DNA from: Eledone cirrhosa
Taxonomy: Eukaryota
Assembly: GCA_964016885.1 (NCBI GenBank)
Contig: OZ024742.1
Location: 3,534,001-3,598,000 of the forward strand
Length of the DNA stretch: 64,000 nucleotides
Direction: 5' to 3'
The notes under the pieces were generated by a model. It saw nothing but the letters and a program-made list of their open reading frames with translations, did no database searches and was not told where the DNA came from. How positions within the stretch are numbered: position 1 is the stretch's first letter; each line of letters starts with the position of its first letter. The position numbers and the translations under genes were made by a program. Shown here in pieces: positions 43,127 to 58,127 of the stretch.

Positions 43127-43636
43127 ATTATAAAGAAAGAAGAAACATTAGATATAATTAATAAGATATACCATACCCATATTTCTTAATTACTCCTCGA
43201 CTACGTAGTTTCGTGGCTTATTAAGCAAAACCACTACATCACTGAGATGCAGTATTTTTGTGAGGTTTGCCGACTTATCAAGAGGATACCTCATTTAGAG
43301 ATTCAAAACACGTCCGTAGCACGCGAGATAGCATCCCGGAAGGCGGAGGGGGAGTCCATCACGTGATACAGCGGTCAAGAAACAGAGTTAAGCCTCTTAC
43401 AACCAAGAAAAAAATACCGCAAAAGGCGGAGGGGGTATTTATGTCAAGGCTGTAGAAGAGATGGCTAGGAAGGCGAGAAGTTTGAGTAATGAAGGCTATC
43501 CAGCAGTCACTACACTTCAGTGGTTACACTACCGTAGGGAGTTCCACGAAATTACGTAGTCGATGCGTAATGAAGAAATTTAGGTATGGTATATCTTATT
43601 AATTATATCTAATGTTTCTTCTTTCTTTGTAATGTA
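43124..43636. mobile_element. Fold-back remnant (arms ~43124-43216 / 43544-43636) with hammerhead motifs (minus 43194-43286, U3-A8; plus 43331-43566, degenerate core, ~200-nt loop II)
   Basis: TCCTC TTGATAA GTCGGC...GCCAC GAAA CTACGTAG TC GAGGA; and GCATC ... TCCAC GAAA TTACGTAG TC GATGC. Confidence 0.62.
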
Positions 43637-43799
43637 TTATATAGCTCTGATATTGAATCAATCTAATCCATTCGGATTATTTTGTCCCGATTATTCATAG
43701 AGCAACAACGGTTAAGGTTGGCACCACACAAATTCAGGGATAGATGTGGGTATATTCATGTATATGTATGTATTCGCGTGTGTCTGTGTATTTCTTTAT

Positions 43800-43872
<73 letters not shown>

Positions 43873-44257
43873 GCGTGTGTGGGGGGGGGGGGTGAGAATG
43901 TGTCTGTTGACACCTGGAATATAGCTTAAGGGAAATATGACAATAATGATATGATAGGCACCCAATATTTTGAACTGGTTTATAGAATTCTTTTGGCCTT
44001 TGTCACTCTAAGTAGAACTTTAAAGAAGTAGCTTTTAAAGAATGTTAGCTTAAGAGAAACTTAAAAATAAGAAGTGGCACCCCATTCTGAACTTGTTTCT
44101 GCCTTTGTCACTGTAAATATAAATTATAGCCTTAAATAATTACCTTTTAATGAATTCCCTTTTCTTTCAACTAATGACCTCCACCCATCCCACTACCCAC
44201 CCTCTCCTACCACCTGAAAAGATATAAATACCACAACATTTATTTTTGGAAAGCCAT

Positions 44258-44304
44258 ATTCCTGATGATTTCTAAAGAATGAAACAGTTCTAGTCCTGTA
44301 GAAT
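44258..44304 (+). ncRNA. Type I hammerhead motif within a non-autonomous PLE-type repeat (~43960-44390)
   Basis: ATTC CTGATGA TTTC TAAA GAAT GAAA CAG TTCTAGTC CTG TA GAAT; predicted GUA cleavage after 44300. Confidence 0.78.
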
Positions 44305-44391
44305 CTCATCTATATTAAAACTTTTATACTCTGCTATGTATTGAGTACCTTACTTACTGTGGTTACCTCCGATTCAACCCGAAATAACTTA

Positions 44392-44429
<38 letters not shown>

Positions 44430-44472
44430 AAATATTATATAAATGGAAACTATATTTATAAAACCATATTTA

Positions 44473-44531
44473 TTTTATTATATATATTTCAAGGGTACCA
44501 AAAGACTTTGGTACGCTTTCTTCAGATAAAA
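44473..44531 (-). ncRNA. Minimal hammerhead motif (family of 52174)
   Basis: TTTTAT CTGAAGA AAGCGTACC..GGTACCCTT GAAA TATATA TA ATAAAA. Confidence 0.68.
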
Positions 44532-44931
44532 TACAAAATTTGTTTTATAGAGACATACCCAGGAAAATCATACCTTATCAGTTGGATATTCTCGGGATAT
44601 ATTCCAGAGAATATCCAATTGATAAGGTATGATTTTCTTGTGAAGACTGGGTCTCTATTTATATGGTTTTATAAATATAGTTTCCATTTATTTAATATCA
44701 TTAAATATTTACTCCAGGAATCTGTTGAGTGCTCTAAATTACTTATAAACATTTATATTTATATTTGTCGGATTTCCAACAAATGAAATACCTCATTCTA
44801 CTTATACTTATTTATATATATTTATTGAGCTATTTCTCTAACTGGTAATAAGGTAGTAATAAATTACTGACCTTTCTTGTTTATAGTTGTTTATAGCATA
44901 GTATATACATAACTATGAATAGTATCTTTAT

Positions 44932-44982
<51 letters not shown>

Positions 44983-44988
<6 letters not shown>

Positions 44989-46225
44989 TTTACATATATA
45001 TATACATATATATACATATACGTGTTTTGCAACTGGTCACTTTGTGGCTCAATGAAAAATTAATAAATTAAATAATCAGAGCTATATATCATAAAACATG
45101 TCTATAGAATCACAAGAGAAAATATATACCATTTCCTCTCCCAATTACCATAATTAACTATATAAAAATGAGGTTCTATGAAGAAATCTCCGATAAATAA
45201 CCGAAACTAGCCCTTCGCGTCGGCCGCAACGGAATATTTATCGAATATTTCGACAGCGTAATCGCCCAGATACAGTCAACTAAACAGAATTAGGTGTAAA
45301 ATAAACTAGGAGAAAATAAATGTATTCTATTTTCTCCTAGTTTATTTTACACCTAATTCTGTTTAGTTGACTGTATCTGGGCGATTACGCTGTCGAAATA
45401 TTCGATAAATATTCCGCTGCGGCCGATGCGAAGGGCTAGTTTCGGTTATTTGTCGGAGATTTCTTCATAGAACCTCATTTTTATATAGTTAATTATGCTA
45501 ATTGGGAGAGGTATATATTTTATCTTGTGATTCAATACACATGTTTTATGATATATAGCTCTGATTATTTAATTTATTAATTTTTTTTTTAGCCACAAAG
45601 TGACCAGTTGCAAAACACGTATATGTATATATATATGTATATATATATATATATATGTAAACTTTTATATGTAATAATCTCCCATTAGGTTGAAATACAA
45701 ATTTGGCTGTATTGTGCTGTGCTTTCTAGCAAAAATGCCACCAGTCGTAAGCAACTACAACTCCCCTTCCAACCTGACCGCGACTACGTCACGACTTTTA
45801 GCTATTTTGAATGAATTCTTGGCGCGATTACTTTTGAAAATTTAGTGTCTAAATAAGAGCAAACTTCCTGATGAATCCCATGCTCGAGTTTATATAATTA
45901 TTACATAATCATTTGAAAACTCAAAATACGGATGAAACCATGGTAGAGGTTTTTAAATGTATTCTATTTTCTCCTAGTTTATTTTACACCTAATTCTGTT
46001 TAGTTGACTGTATCTGGGCGATTATGGTGTCGAAATATTCGATAAATATTCCGCTGAGGCCGACGCGAAGGGCTAGTTTCGGTTATTTGTCGGAGATTTC
46101 TTCATAGAAGCCTCATTTTTATATAGTTAATTATGCTAATTGGGAGAGGAAATGGTATATATTTTCTCTTGTGATTCTATAGACATGTTTTATGATATAT
46201 ATATATATTTATATATAACTCTGAT
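44983..46225 (+). mobile_element. Non-coding PLE-type/retrozyme-like element: ~637-bp unit (45321-45957), partial tandem copy (45958-46225) and inverted copy (44983-45318)
   Basis: Near-perfect inverted and direct repeats read directly; hammerhead at the unit end; (AT)n flanks. Confidence 0.8.
45863..45950 (+). ncRNA. Type I hammerhead motif with extended stem II
   Basis: ACTTC CTGATGA ATCC..GAGTTT..AAACTC..GGAT GAAA CCATGG TA GAGGT. Confidence 0.78.
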
Positions 46226-46275
46226 TTTGCGTTTCGTTTCGCTTCTTCTACCCGCCGAAATACGATTCTCGCTGA

Positions 46276-46333
<58 letters not shown>

Positions 46334-47428
46334 CATACATGATGCAATGGAACAGTAAAGGTTAATCCATCTCCGTTATAGACATTCCTGATTTACACAC
46401 GACGTGAAAGTTAATATTCTATGCTTTTCTTATGTATTTATGAAAGCTATGTGTTGGAGGTCCTATGTATTCACTCAATGTACTAAAACATTCGCCAAAT
46501 CTCAATGAAAATGCACCCAACTGTTTTTCTGATATAAAATAAAATAAAATAAACCTATTTACTCTTGAATATATTAAGAGGACATACCTGGTTGACCTTC
46601 ATCATAAACCTAAACCTTACTGAGTTGTAGCGTCATGTGGTCCATGCCGGTTGTATAACCTGGTCATCGACAACGTGTATTGCTGATGAAAATATATGAA
46701 AGGAATCTGTAATCGTCTCTCTCACTCTCTTAGAATTAACTATAGCCAGTATGATGTTAGAAACCTCAGTGGAAATGAAGGCAACACAAAACTATTTTTT
46801 TATAATGAGAAACACATAGCGATTGAAAAAAGCCAAAAAAAGGTAACCAGGGTTTGTTCCTCAACTTGATGCAAGGATTGTGTTTAAAACCACAACAAAA
46901 TATAAAATTCTTTCGTCATCATATTAAGACTCTGGCTTTATCAGTTCTTTGCCATTTTATAGATTTCTACGCACGTACAATATGGACATCAACTGTATCA
47001 ATTTCAATACTTTGAGGAGACTCTAAGTGTGAAGGAAAGGAACATAAACCATTATCCTCTGAGAAAGAAATTGAAATATATATATATATATAAAAGATGA
47101 ATATAAAATGAAAGTGCTTTTATTGGTTAAATTGGAAAAAATCAAAAAAATTGAAGTATTTATCAGAAGTGACAACTGATTATACATTTGCTATCGAATA
47201 CTTGCTAACATTATATGATTACGCAAGCAGCGATACATAGGTATTCCGTCTGTTACAGAAATATATGTCAATACCTAATAAATTCCTTTATAAAAGCACT
47301 TTCATTTTATATTCATCTTTTCTACATTTTCTCCGGAATATAATTTATACTCGTTGAGCAAACCTACACGTACGCTGTTCATCTCTAACGTGACAATATA
47401 TTATCACTACATTATTGATAACCTGAAA

Positions 47429-47464
<36 letters not shown>

Positions 47465-47467
<3 letters not shown>

Positions 47468-48012
47468 AATTTCGCATTTCTAAAGAAATGCGGTATGTTT
47501 ATAAATAAACATTTAGAAAGCCGTAGCTAAGCAAAATCACATTGGCAGCTAACGCCAACTAGCGAGGTCCAGCAGAAGCAAGGGAGACAATTGTCGATGC
47601 ATTTCGTATTCAACTGGATCTCGTCAGAATGGTCACTTCCTGCTCTTGCAACTGCTGGACTTTGAAAACAGGTGAAAATATATAGTTTTTTCATCTGTGC
47701 AAATGAGTTAATTAACCTCATTTGCACATTCAAATACATATTTGTACGCAGCTATGTTCGAAGCTAAATTCTAATTCTATTCTAAGTTGAGCCAACATAT
47801 ACAGCTTCATATGGAAATGAGTCCAGCAGTTGCAAGAGCGGGAGGGATCGTCGTAACGAGACCAGTCAAGTTCGAAATACATCAACGATTGTCCCCCTTG
47901 GATCTGCTGGACACCGCTAGGTGGCGATAGCTGCCAGTGTCTTTGTATAGCTACGGCTTTCTAAATGTTTATTTATAAACATATCGTATTTCTAAAGAAA
48001 TACGAAATTGAA
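47465..48012. mobile_element. Older fold-back element (arms ~47465-47661 / 47820-48012) with degenerate minimal hammerheads (minus ~47590-47633, plus 47847-47889)
   Basis: Arms are diverged reverse complements; CTGACGA GA..TAC GAAA TGCA TC on the minus strand. Confidence 0.65.
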
Positions 48013-48014
48013 AT

Positions 48015-48049
<35 letters not shown>

Positions 48050-48544
48050 ATCAGATGACACACTGTGCCTTCACCTGTAATCAATAGTAGAGTGGTGTAT
48101 ACGATTATACGATTGCTAAATTCACAAATACATTTCCACATGAGTGAAGTTAAAGTAACTAATACCATAGAGACTGGATGCTTGTTATATATAATTGTAC
48201 AATGCTTAACACAAGGACTCCGCCAACAAAGTTTTTGCTTAATTATGGCACGTTATGATACTTTCCAATAGATATCAACATTTCGAAGCACATATGACCA
48301 TCCGTTTTATGTATCATGAAATATTATACGTAATTTCGTGCACACGTATATTCGTGTGTAATTCTATGAACAACTGCAGTGACTGATCTGTAGGAAAAAA
48401 AGATTAATATATGTTCGCTGGAGTTATTTCTATCGGAGATTCACGTTCCTTCGCTATTGGGAAATAAGGAAATAGAAATTATTTCGTTTGTTTATTGGAA
48501 ATATTTTGACCTCCTAACAAGCTAACCAAAGAAAGAACGACTAT

Positions 48545-48830
48545 GGTGTCGAACGTTCTGCTAGAAATAGCAGCAAAATCGCCAAAATTGGTTCTGATGA
48601 TGAACGTTCCAGTTGTTCGAACGATGGAACAGTTTGATCGTGCAAGTGGGTGGGTATTCTGCAGTTCTCATGCGACTTTAACTTAGTTCTCGGGTATATT
48701 TAGTGTAACTCATGTTGTGACATGGCCGGGCCTTTACATTACAAGTACAGTTCATTTTGCTAGCTGAGTCGACTGAAACTACAGGAAATAAATGTCTTTA
48801 TTCGAGGACACAACGTGCCGCCGTGAATGT
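48545..48830 (-). mobile_element. tRNA/CORE-like SINE, degenerate (related fragment ~51570-51710)
   Basis: aaataaatgtctttattcgaggacacaacg is the reverse complement of the CORE-like segment seen near 32970. Confidence 0.55.
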
Positions 48831-50399
48831 ATACAACTGAGGGCAGCTGGGTGCGCAATTTAAAGAATATCAGAGGAGATGATTTGTGAAATTTCTTCAG
48901 GGTCTTTACGGAGTTCAAACATCGCCATGGCCTACGTGGGAAACAGAGTTAAACTCTCACTCGTGATTTATTTTTCTTACAAAATATTGTGAATTTAGTC
49001 GAAGACGTTCTGTTTATGTTTATTTTATAATATTTAATTATATCTGTTTATATTGTATGATGCTGAATTTAATAACAGCACGCTTATAGAATTATACACA
49101 TTGCAAACACGTGAAAGATAACCATAGATGTGTTTATATATCAATAGATTTATTATTGATATATACTGTTGAATATCTTCTATGAAGCATTCTTATAGCA
49201 GAATCTTATGCCAAGTTTCCACATCGATTAAATATGATAACATTCACAATTAATTCAAAGACAGTCATGCGAATGAGAGAAGAAAAAATATAAAAGTGCC
49301 ATCTATTTCGCAAATTCACGAAGCTATGATATGCTACAATACCATTAAATAATGTCATATTGAGAATGTAAAATATATTTAATGTATAAACCTGGTCGTT
49401 TCACACTGTATATTCAAAAATTTTCTTCTCCAATTCTAGTCACCATCCTATCAGTTTATATTCACCCTGGCGGAACCGTCAGATAATCTCCTTAGCGTAT
49501 AGCTAGCAATTTTCCAACTGCCTAAATTGTTAAATGATATTGTCCATTATAAGTGGATTATTGCGATTGAAGCCGACGTCTTATTTCAGTGAAGACATTT
49601 CTTAATGTAATTCGCAGTCTTTTATTTCTTTCAGTTCTTTTTCAAAAGAAAGGATAATACATAAAGGAATGTCTTTTCATGAATATATATATATATATAT
49701 AGGTTTTTTATTACTTTCACCTCGTTTGTTTTCTTGTTTTATTTCGTTTATTTCACAACTTTCACTCCCTATTTCTAGTTTACTATCTCTCTCTCTCTCA
49801 CTCGTTTACGCTCTCTCTATCTCTCTTCCAACAATGCCAATGTTTTATGCAACAACTAAAGTCTGCGAGGTCGAGAATAATAAGTTCTTGCGCAAGTGAA
49901 ATTTATGCATCAGACGTAAAGTGAGGTTGAGAGTAATTGTGAATTTAATGGAATGAATATAAATAAATAAATATACAAATAAAAAAACGAGGAAAATTAA
50001 GAATTAATCTGATTCGACAAAGATGACCAATTGAAGTCAATTCTGGTTTATTACATTAACATATTAATGTTGAACTGATGAAAACAAAAATAAAATTCGT
50101 GTCAAGATGGAAAATGAAAACAGAAATAAAATTACTGAATCAAAGAATCGGAATAATATACATCCAAAAGTCATTTTAGTTGGCATACAAACATTTTTTT
50201 CTAATTCTCAGAACCTTAAAATTATCACATATTGATTTATATAACACTTCATGCCACTTCAACTTATTAATTTCCTGGCTACCTAAAAAAGTATATAATT
50301 TACTGACTACCTGAAATGTATATATTATAATTATATAGTCTCGGGTCTCCCTGAATCAGGAAACATATTTTTTGATATAAGAGATCGATTTGTACCAGG

Positions 50400-50766
50400 A
50401 AAATTGTTCCCTAAAGCGCAGGAATAAGGAATGTGTTTGTTTATGGAAGGTTGGCAGCCATCCATGCACACAAATCTCCCCTCTTCTTGCCACTAATGGT
50501 GTTTATGAGAAATGCAATGACCGATACATGTTGGTCCCAATGGAATTGGAAGCAACCTTAGCACGCAATGACCCCAAAGAGCTATCACATGTATGTTGTT
50601 CGACGCTCTTCCAGCCATAACAACCACTTGTCATGAACAGGCCTTTTATTTATCGACCCCGAAAGAATGAAATGCAAAGTAGACCTTGGAGGGATTTCAA
50701 TACTTAGAGTAAAGAGCTAGGAAACTATGGCATCGCCATTTATCCGACGTTCTAACAACTCTGCCA
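50400..50766 (-). mobile_element. Meta-like SINE with longer 3' part
   Basis: tttatcgaccccgaaagaatgaaatgcaaagtagacc..ccgacgttctaacaactctgcc. Confidence 0.65.
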
Positions 50767-51961
50767 TGTCCTTATATAGCACTGAGCTGTATTCTAACGG
50801 TAAATAATAAACTCACTGTTAAAAATGTAATTAGTCAATTAACTGAAATTACATTTCTCCTAATTACCTTAATGATCAATTCTCAAGAACAACACGGAAA
50901 AAAAACTTCGGATTAGAAATTAATCAACATCTCAAAGGGAGTGCATCAAGGGAGTAAGATTAATCTTTGGCAATATAATATATATTTTATTATTATTGAA
51001 TTGTAATGTTTAAGTTCGGGTTCGTCTCCCCTGCCGTTCTTGGCAAAATTTTAACATTAAAATAATGAGATTTTCTCACAGTTATAATTTTAATCAATAA
51101 AAATATCTTCGTTCGTTACATTAACTATGTTAGAATACGTTTTACTATCTAATATTTTACTATTTAATATTTTCACTCCAGACATTGTTTTAATAATTAA
51201 ATACACATCGATTTATATCACAGAACATATAGAAATATAGTTAAAATAAGAAACACGAAACAATTTGCAATAAATTTATCCGATTTATCATATCCCATTC
51301 CATTCAGTCTTATATGTTATATTAGCATTACAAGGAATTATAAAGCATATTAAACTGCGTAAAGCCAATTCGAAAGAAAATAAACAAAATGACTAACGGA
51401 ATGGAAAACCTTATTTATCCGTTGCCAGGAGACAATTGTATATTTTGAGACTCTGGTACATCAATTTATTATATTTTAATATGTTTTACATAAATAAGTT
51501 CGTACATCATACAATATATATATATATATATACTGAATCTTTGATTTGCGGTTTCGATTCACAGATAAAGAAGCTTTATTACCCATATGGCTGAGTATTC
51601 CAGAGACACTTTCACACTAAATTAATTCTCAGGGAGTTTCAACATGACACAGTTGCTGTTATGGATGGCTTTATGTATTAGATACAAGTCAGTTTTGTTA
51701 GCTGAGTCGACGAGAGATAGAGAGATAGAGAGAGAGAGAAGAAAGAGAGGGAGACGGAGAGAGAGAGAGAGAAAGAGAGAGAATGGGGGAGGGAGAAAGA
51801 GAGAGAGGAGTCATGCCAAAAAATTAGAAAATTGCAGCTAGAATAAACATTCTGTTATCAATGTGGAACAGTGAAATTGTTATATATTAAGAAAATAGAA
51901 CGTTTGTGGGGGGCGTGAATATAGGTGAATCAAGCGTTATAATATATATATTACTATAAGT

Positions 51962-52040
51962 CTGATGAGCAGGTTGGGGCTGAAGTGGGGTCTATAACAC
52001 AAATAGGGATCTTGAGCCACCCATCTGCGAAACGTTCGTA
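51962..52040 (+). ncRNA. Hammerhead core with long stem II; stem I poorly preserved
   Basis: CTGATGA GCAG..GGCT..AGCC..CTGC GAAA CGTTCG TA. Confidence 0.55.
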
Positions 52041-52106
52041 AAAGATTTTAATCAATAAAAACCTCAATGTGAGACCTTTTATCTTTCCTATTATATTACT
52101 ACTACA

Positions 52107-52130
<24 letters not shown>

Positions 52131-52137
<7 letters not shown>

Positions 52138-52470
52138 TAACAAATGGAAACTATATTTATAAGACCATATTTATTTCATTATACATATTTCAAGGACACC
52201 AAAGCAAATTATGGTGCGCTTTCATCAGATAAAATATAATATAGATCAGTTTTATAAACAAATATTGACATACCCTTAAAGAATGCAGCCATGTCGGTTG
52301 CATTCTTTAAGGTTGCATTCTTTAAGAGTATGTCAATATTTGTTTATAAAACTGATCTATATTATATTTTATCTCATGAAAGCGCACCATAATTTGCTTT
52401 GGTGTCCTTGAAATATGTATAATGAAATAAATATGGTTTTATAAATATAGTTTCCATTTGTTAATATATT
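52131..52470. mobile_element. Near-perfect fold-back palindrome with a hammerhead on the minus arm (52174-52234) and a G5>C copy on the plus arm
   Basis: ~160-bp arms; TTTTAT CTGATGA AAGCGCACC..GGTGTCCTT GAAA TATGTA TA ATGAAA. Confidence 0.75.
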
Positions 52471-52561
52471 GTATTTTTACTATAAAAATTTGTTGAGTGC
52501 TTTATATCAGTTATAAAAATATTTGCTTGTTGTATCCCAACAAACTAAATATAACTTCTAC

Positions 52562-52645
<84 letters not shown>

Positions 52646-52649
<4 letters not shown>

Positions 52650-52692
52650 AAAAAAGGATGAAATCGAAAATGCAACTGGAGTCTTGTTTTTA

Positions 52693-52731
<39 letters not shown>

Positions 52732-52984
52732 AGTCTTATTTAAAAAAATATATATATATATTTATTTGGTTCCTTTACCAGTTTCGCAGTTCTTCTGCTT
52801 TTCAAAAGTAGAGTTGAGATGGAGGATCTGTGGTTTTTCTCATCCATCAGACCCTCCATCTCAACTCTACTTTTGAAAAGCAGAAGAACTGCGAAACCGG
52901 TAAAGGAACCAAATAAATATATATATATATATATTTTAAATAAGACTCCAGTTGCATTTTCGATTTCATCTTTTTTTCTTTATA
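52646..52984. mobile_element. Fold-back palindrome with two minimal U3-A8 hammerheads (minus 52773-52808, plus 52870-52905)
   Basis: CTT TTGAAAA GCAG AAGAA CTGC GAAA CCGG TA AAG; embedded in (AT)n. Confidence 0.72.
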
Positions 52985-53038
52985 CTTTCACTCGTGTAGG
53001 ACACCTCAGTTATTTTTCATTTTCTAAAAAAACCTCAC

Positions 53039-53129
<91 letters not shown>

Positions 53130-53130
<1 letters not shown>

Positions 53131-54067
53131 AAGTTTCTGTTGAAAATTGAAAAAGTCATATGAGTGAAGAGTGCTCTATGTAAGTTACAGAGCTAAATTT
53201 AATGTATAATAAACAATACAATATAATTACCTCATTACCAGAGGTTTCCCGAATAAGGCGAATACAAGAAACGTCCTCATTCGTTTGTCAGACAAGGCAA
53301 TTTAAAACATAGTGAAATATTTGAAAAATCTCCTCAACGGGCAAAAGAAATATATATATATATAGATATAAATAAATGTAATGCAAGAGATATATAAAAA
53401 CAAAATAAGGAAATATAGTAAGGGTATGTGTATAAATGTGTGTATATGCACCTACAAATGTACATATGTGTGTATGTACAAATGCATATGTATAGTGAAA
53501 AAATGTATGCGTAAGTACATACATGAGGGCAAGCATATCAGTGTATGTCTGACCACAAATACTTATATAATATATGTTGAAAAAAGAAATTGTAAGATAA
53601 TAGAGTTAGCGTACATACAGTCTCAGGGACTAAGGATTGAAATATATACACATACAGGTATGAAAGCACGCGTATAAACACATACACACGCGCAACCACA
53701 TACATGTATGTGATATATACAGGGAAGGGAGTGTATCAGTCAAAGCAGTGTCAGGCTAAAGGTCGATACAGATATAAAAATATGAAATATGAAAAAAATA
53801 TATATATGAGAATAAAAAAATTAAATCAAAGAGAAAGTAACAGGGAGGGGTTATCAATTATAAAGTAACAGTAGAAAAAATAAATAAAAAGTAGAAAACA
53901 TACAGAGGTTCGTACGCACATATATATATATATAAGAATATATATATAGTACAGACAAATGCACATACATGCGTACATACATACAAAAGCGCGCATACAT
54001 ACACACGAAGCACATATATATACATACATATACATCTAATCACAAGCACGCACGCGACCATATATAT

Positions 54068-54152
<85 letters not shown>

Positions 54153-55050
54153 TATATATAAGTATATAAAAAACACAGATATCAAAACACACATATACAC
54201 ATACACGCGCACATATGAATGCATTCGCATACATATACAAACACGTATACACACATATGCACACTTACACGCATACAAACAATATAAAAACCCGCCGTAT
54301 GAATAAATTAGTACAAATTATACGCAAGTAAACATACATAAATGCGGCTGAGCGACAACAGAATATATCTGGAGTTGAAAACACAAGTGACAGGATATCA
54401 GGTAGTGAAAGAAAAGGGGCAAGTAAAATATGTAAAATTGTGAAAATATAAAGTAAGTGAATCAAAAAGCAGATGGGGGGGGGGGTCACTGGTGGATGTG
54501 AAGTAAAAATAAAGTCAAAAATAAAAATAAAAGTAAATAAGAAAGGAAGTCTGTGAAGAAGGTAAGTTAAGGAAAGTGAAGAACAAGAGTTTATGGAGGA
54601 TAAGTATCTGAAAGTGAGTTAAGTTCATATGAGCTGGAAAGCAAGTGTGATTTCATGTGTGGGCAACTGGTGAAAATTTCTGTTTTTGCATTTAGGCAGG
54701 TTTTTGTTGATTTAAGGTTATGTGAAATCCAATATTTTTCACTTATGCAGAGTGCGCATCTTCTTGTTCCTCCTGCATATTCTTTAGATTGGTTCAAAAT
54801 TGACCAATCCAATTTATATTGGATACCTTGTTCTTTCAAATCCCATATTCTGCTAGCCAGAGCTATTGCAAATCTTTTTTCAGGATGTCGGAAAGATGCG
54901 ACATGTGAGCAATAAAGTGTTTTGAATTTATCTTGTGTCATATCCACATATTGTTCACTGGTGGCTGGTAGATTGTTGCTGGTGGTAGTTATCACTTTAG
55001 CCGCATATACAATGGCTTTGGTGTTGCATTTACCTTGTAATGGGCATTCA
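53130..55050 (-). mobile_element. Naiad-like PLE 3' fragment (GIY-YIG 54591-55050, long 3'UTR, hammerhead 53230-53297 with G8>A)
   Basis: ECPLQGKCNTKAIVYAAKV..QYVDMT..SFRHPEK..LASRIWDLK..CALCISEK..LNAKTE..CPH; CCTTGT CTGACAA ..GAAA CCTCTGG TA ATGAGG; (AT)n on both sides. Confidence 0.8.
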
Positions 55051-55051
55051 C

Positions 55052-55115
<64 letters not shown>

Positions 55116-56133
55116 GTTTTGGTAAATCTCCGGATGAAATAATCAGGTCGTAATGAAAGAGAAATGTAAGAGGGAGCGTAGAAAGAGAGCTGGAGAGCGT
55201 AAAAGAACGTACGAAAATTGTAAAAAATAATAACGAGATTTAGTTACCTTGGAAGTGATTTAATAGTCCCTATATTTCGGATTTTACGTTCATCAACTTG
55301 GGGTTTTTCCGTTGTTTGCCGTATATATATGAATATTCGTAAAATTTGAATATTCTGAGCTTGAAATGTAGCCGTAACAGCTGGATACTATTTACATAAT
55401 AAACATTTTTGGGGGTTAAGATATAACCACAAATCGAACGCAGATTGGGAGAGTGAGATAGTCAAAGTATGAGATGAGAAATGATAGGGTTATAGAGAGA
55501 AAAAGGTAGAGGAGGAGACGAGAAAATAGGGGTGAAAAACAACGGAGCAGGGCTTGCAGAAAAAAACGAAAAGTTTGATAGAAAGATGGAGATAATAGAC
55601 TAAGAAGAAGGAACTTGGCCTTATTAAAATCGTTAGCTTCCCACAATACTTTACAATATGACACTGTAACATAGTTGCTCACGTGTAGACAACAATCAGC
55701 TCAAACTCAGACATGATACACAAGATTCATTTCTATCGAGCGATGTTACACATCTATTAGTTGTAGTGTGTTGTGTTACACATCTATTAGTTGTTTGTAT
55801 TTGTACATGTCTACCCAGTAGATTATGGAATAACTTACATGTGTCTTCTTATTTACGGAACATATCTAAACGTGAACAGACAAGTTTTCACTGAATACAA
55901 TGTACAATAAATAATTTGATAACTCACAACGAGAATGTTTGTAAAAGAAGATGGGCTCCACTGAATATTTTCCAATATAAACATTTATATATGTTACTAT
56001 CCCTCAAATAGATGGACGCTATATGTGTCTAACTCTGATTGTTGAACTAACAGATATTTCAAGACATTTTATATAGTCTTGTACCTATCTTAATAAAACC
56101 TTTTTACAATTATTGTTATTTTACGAAATCTAA

Positions 56134-56330
56134 GGTGGTGCATTGGCAAAATCGGGAGAGCATCGGACAACATGCTTTGCGGCCTATAGTTACATCAATT
56201 TGTTCTGATTTCAAATCCCGCCGAGGTTAGTTTTATCTTACGGATTTGATAAAATAAAGTACCATTAACATACAGGAGACGATTTAATGTCCCCCCGAAA
56301 TTATTGGCATTGTGCCTAAATCAGAAAGCA
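56134..56330 (+). mobile_element. Meta-like SINE, degenerate
   Basis: ggtggtgcattggcaaaatcg..ctgatttcaaatcccgccgaggtt..gataaaataaagtacc..ggcattgtgcctaaa. Confidence 0.68.
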
Positions 56331-56390
56331 TAATATTTTAAAATCTAATATATACATTTTTTTATATAATATGCACTAGTGAATATTATA

Positions 56391-58127
<1,737 letters not shown>

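Noticed and set aside
46588-46706. Possible minus-strand exon (ttacag / gtatgt)
   Set aside because: Stops in all three frames and no polypyrimidine tract.
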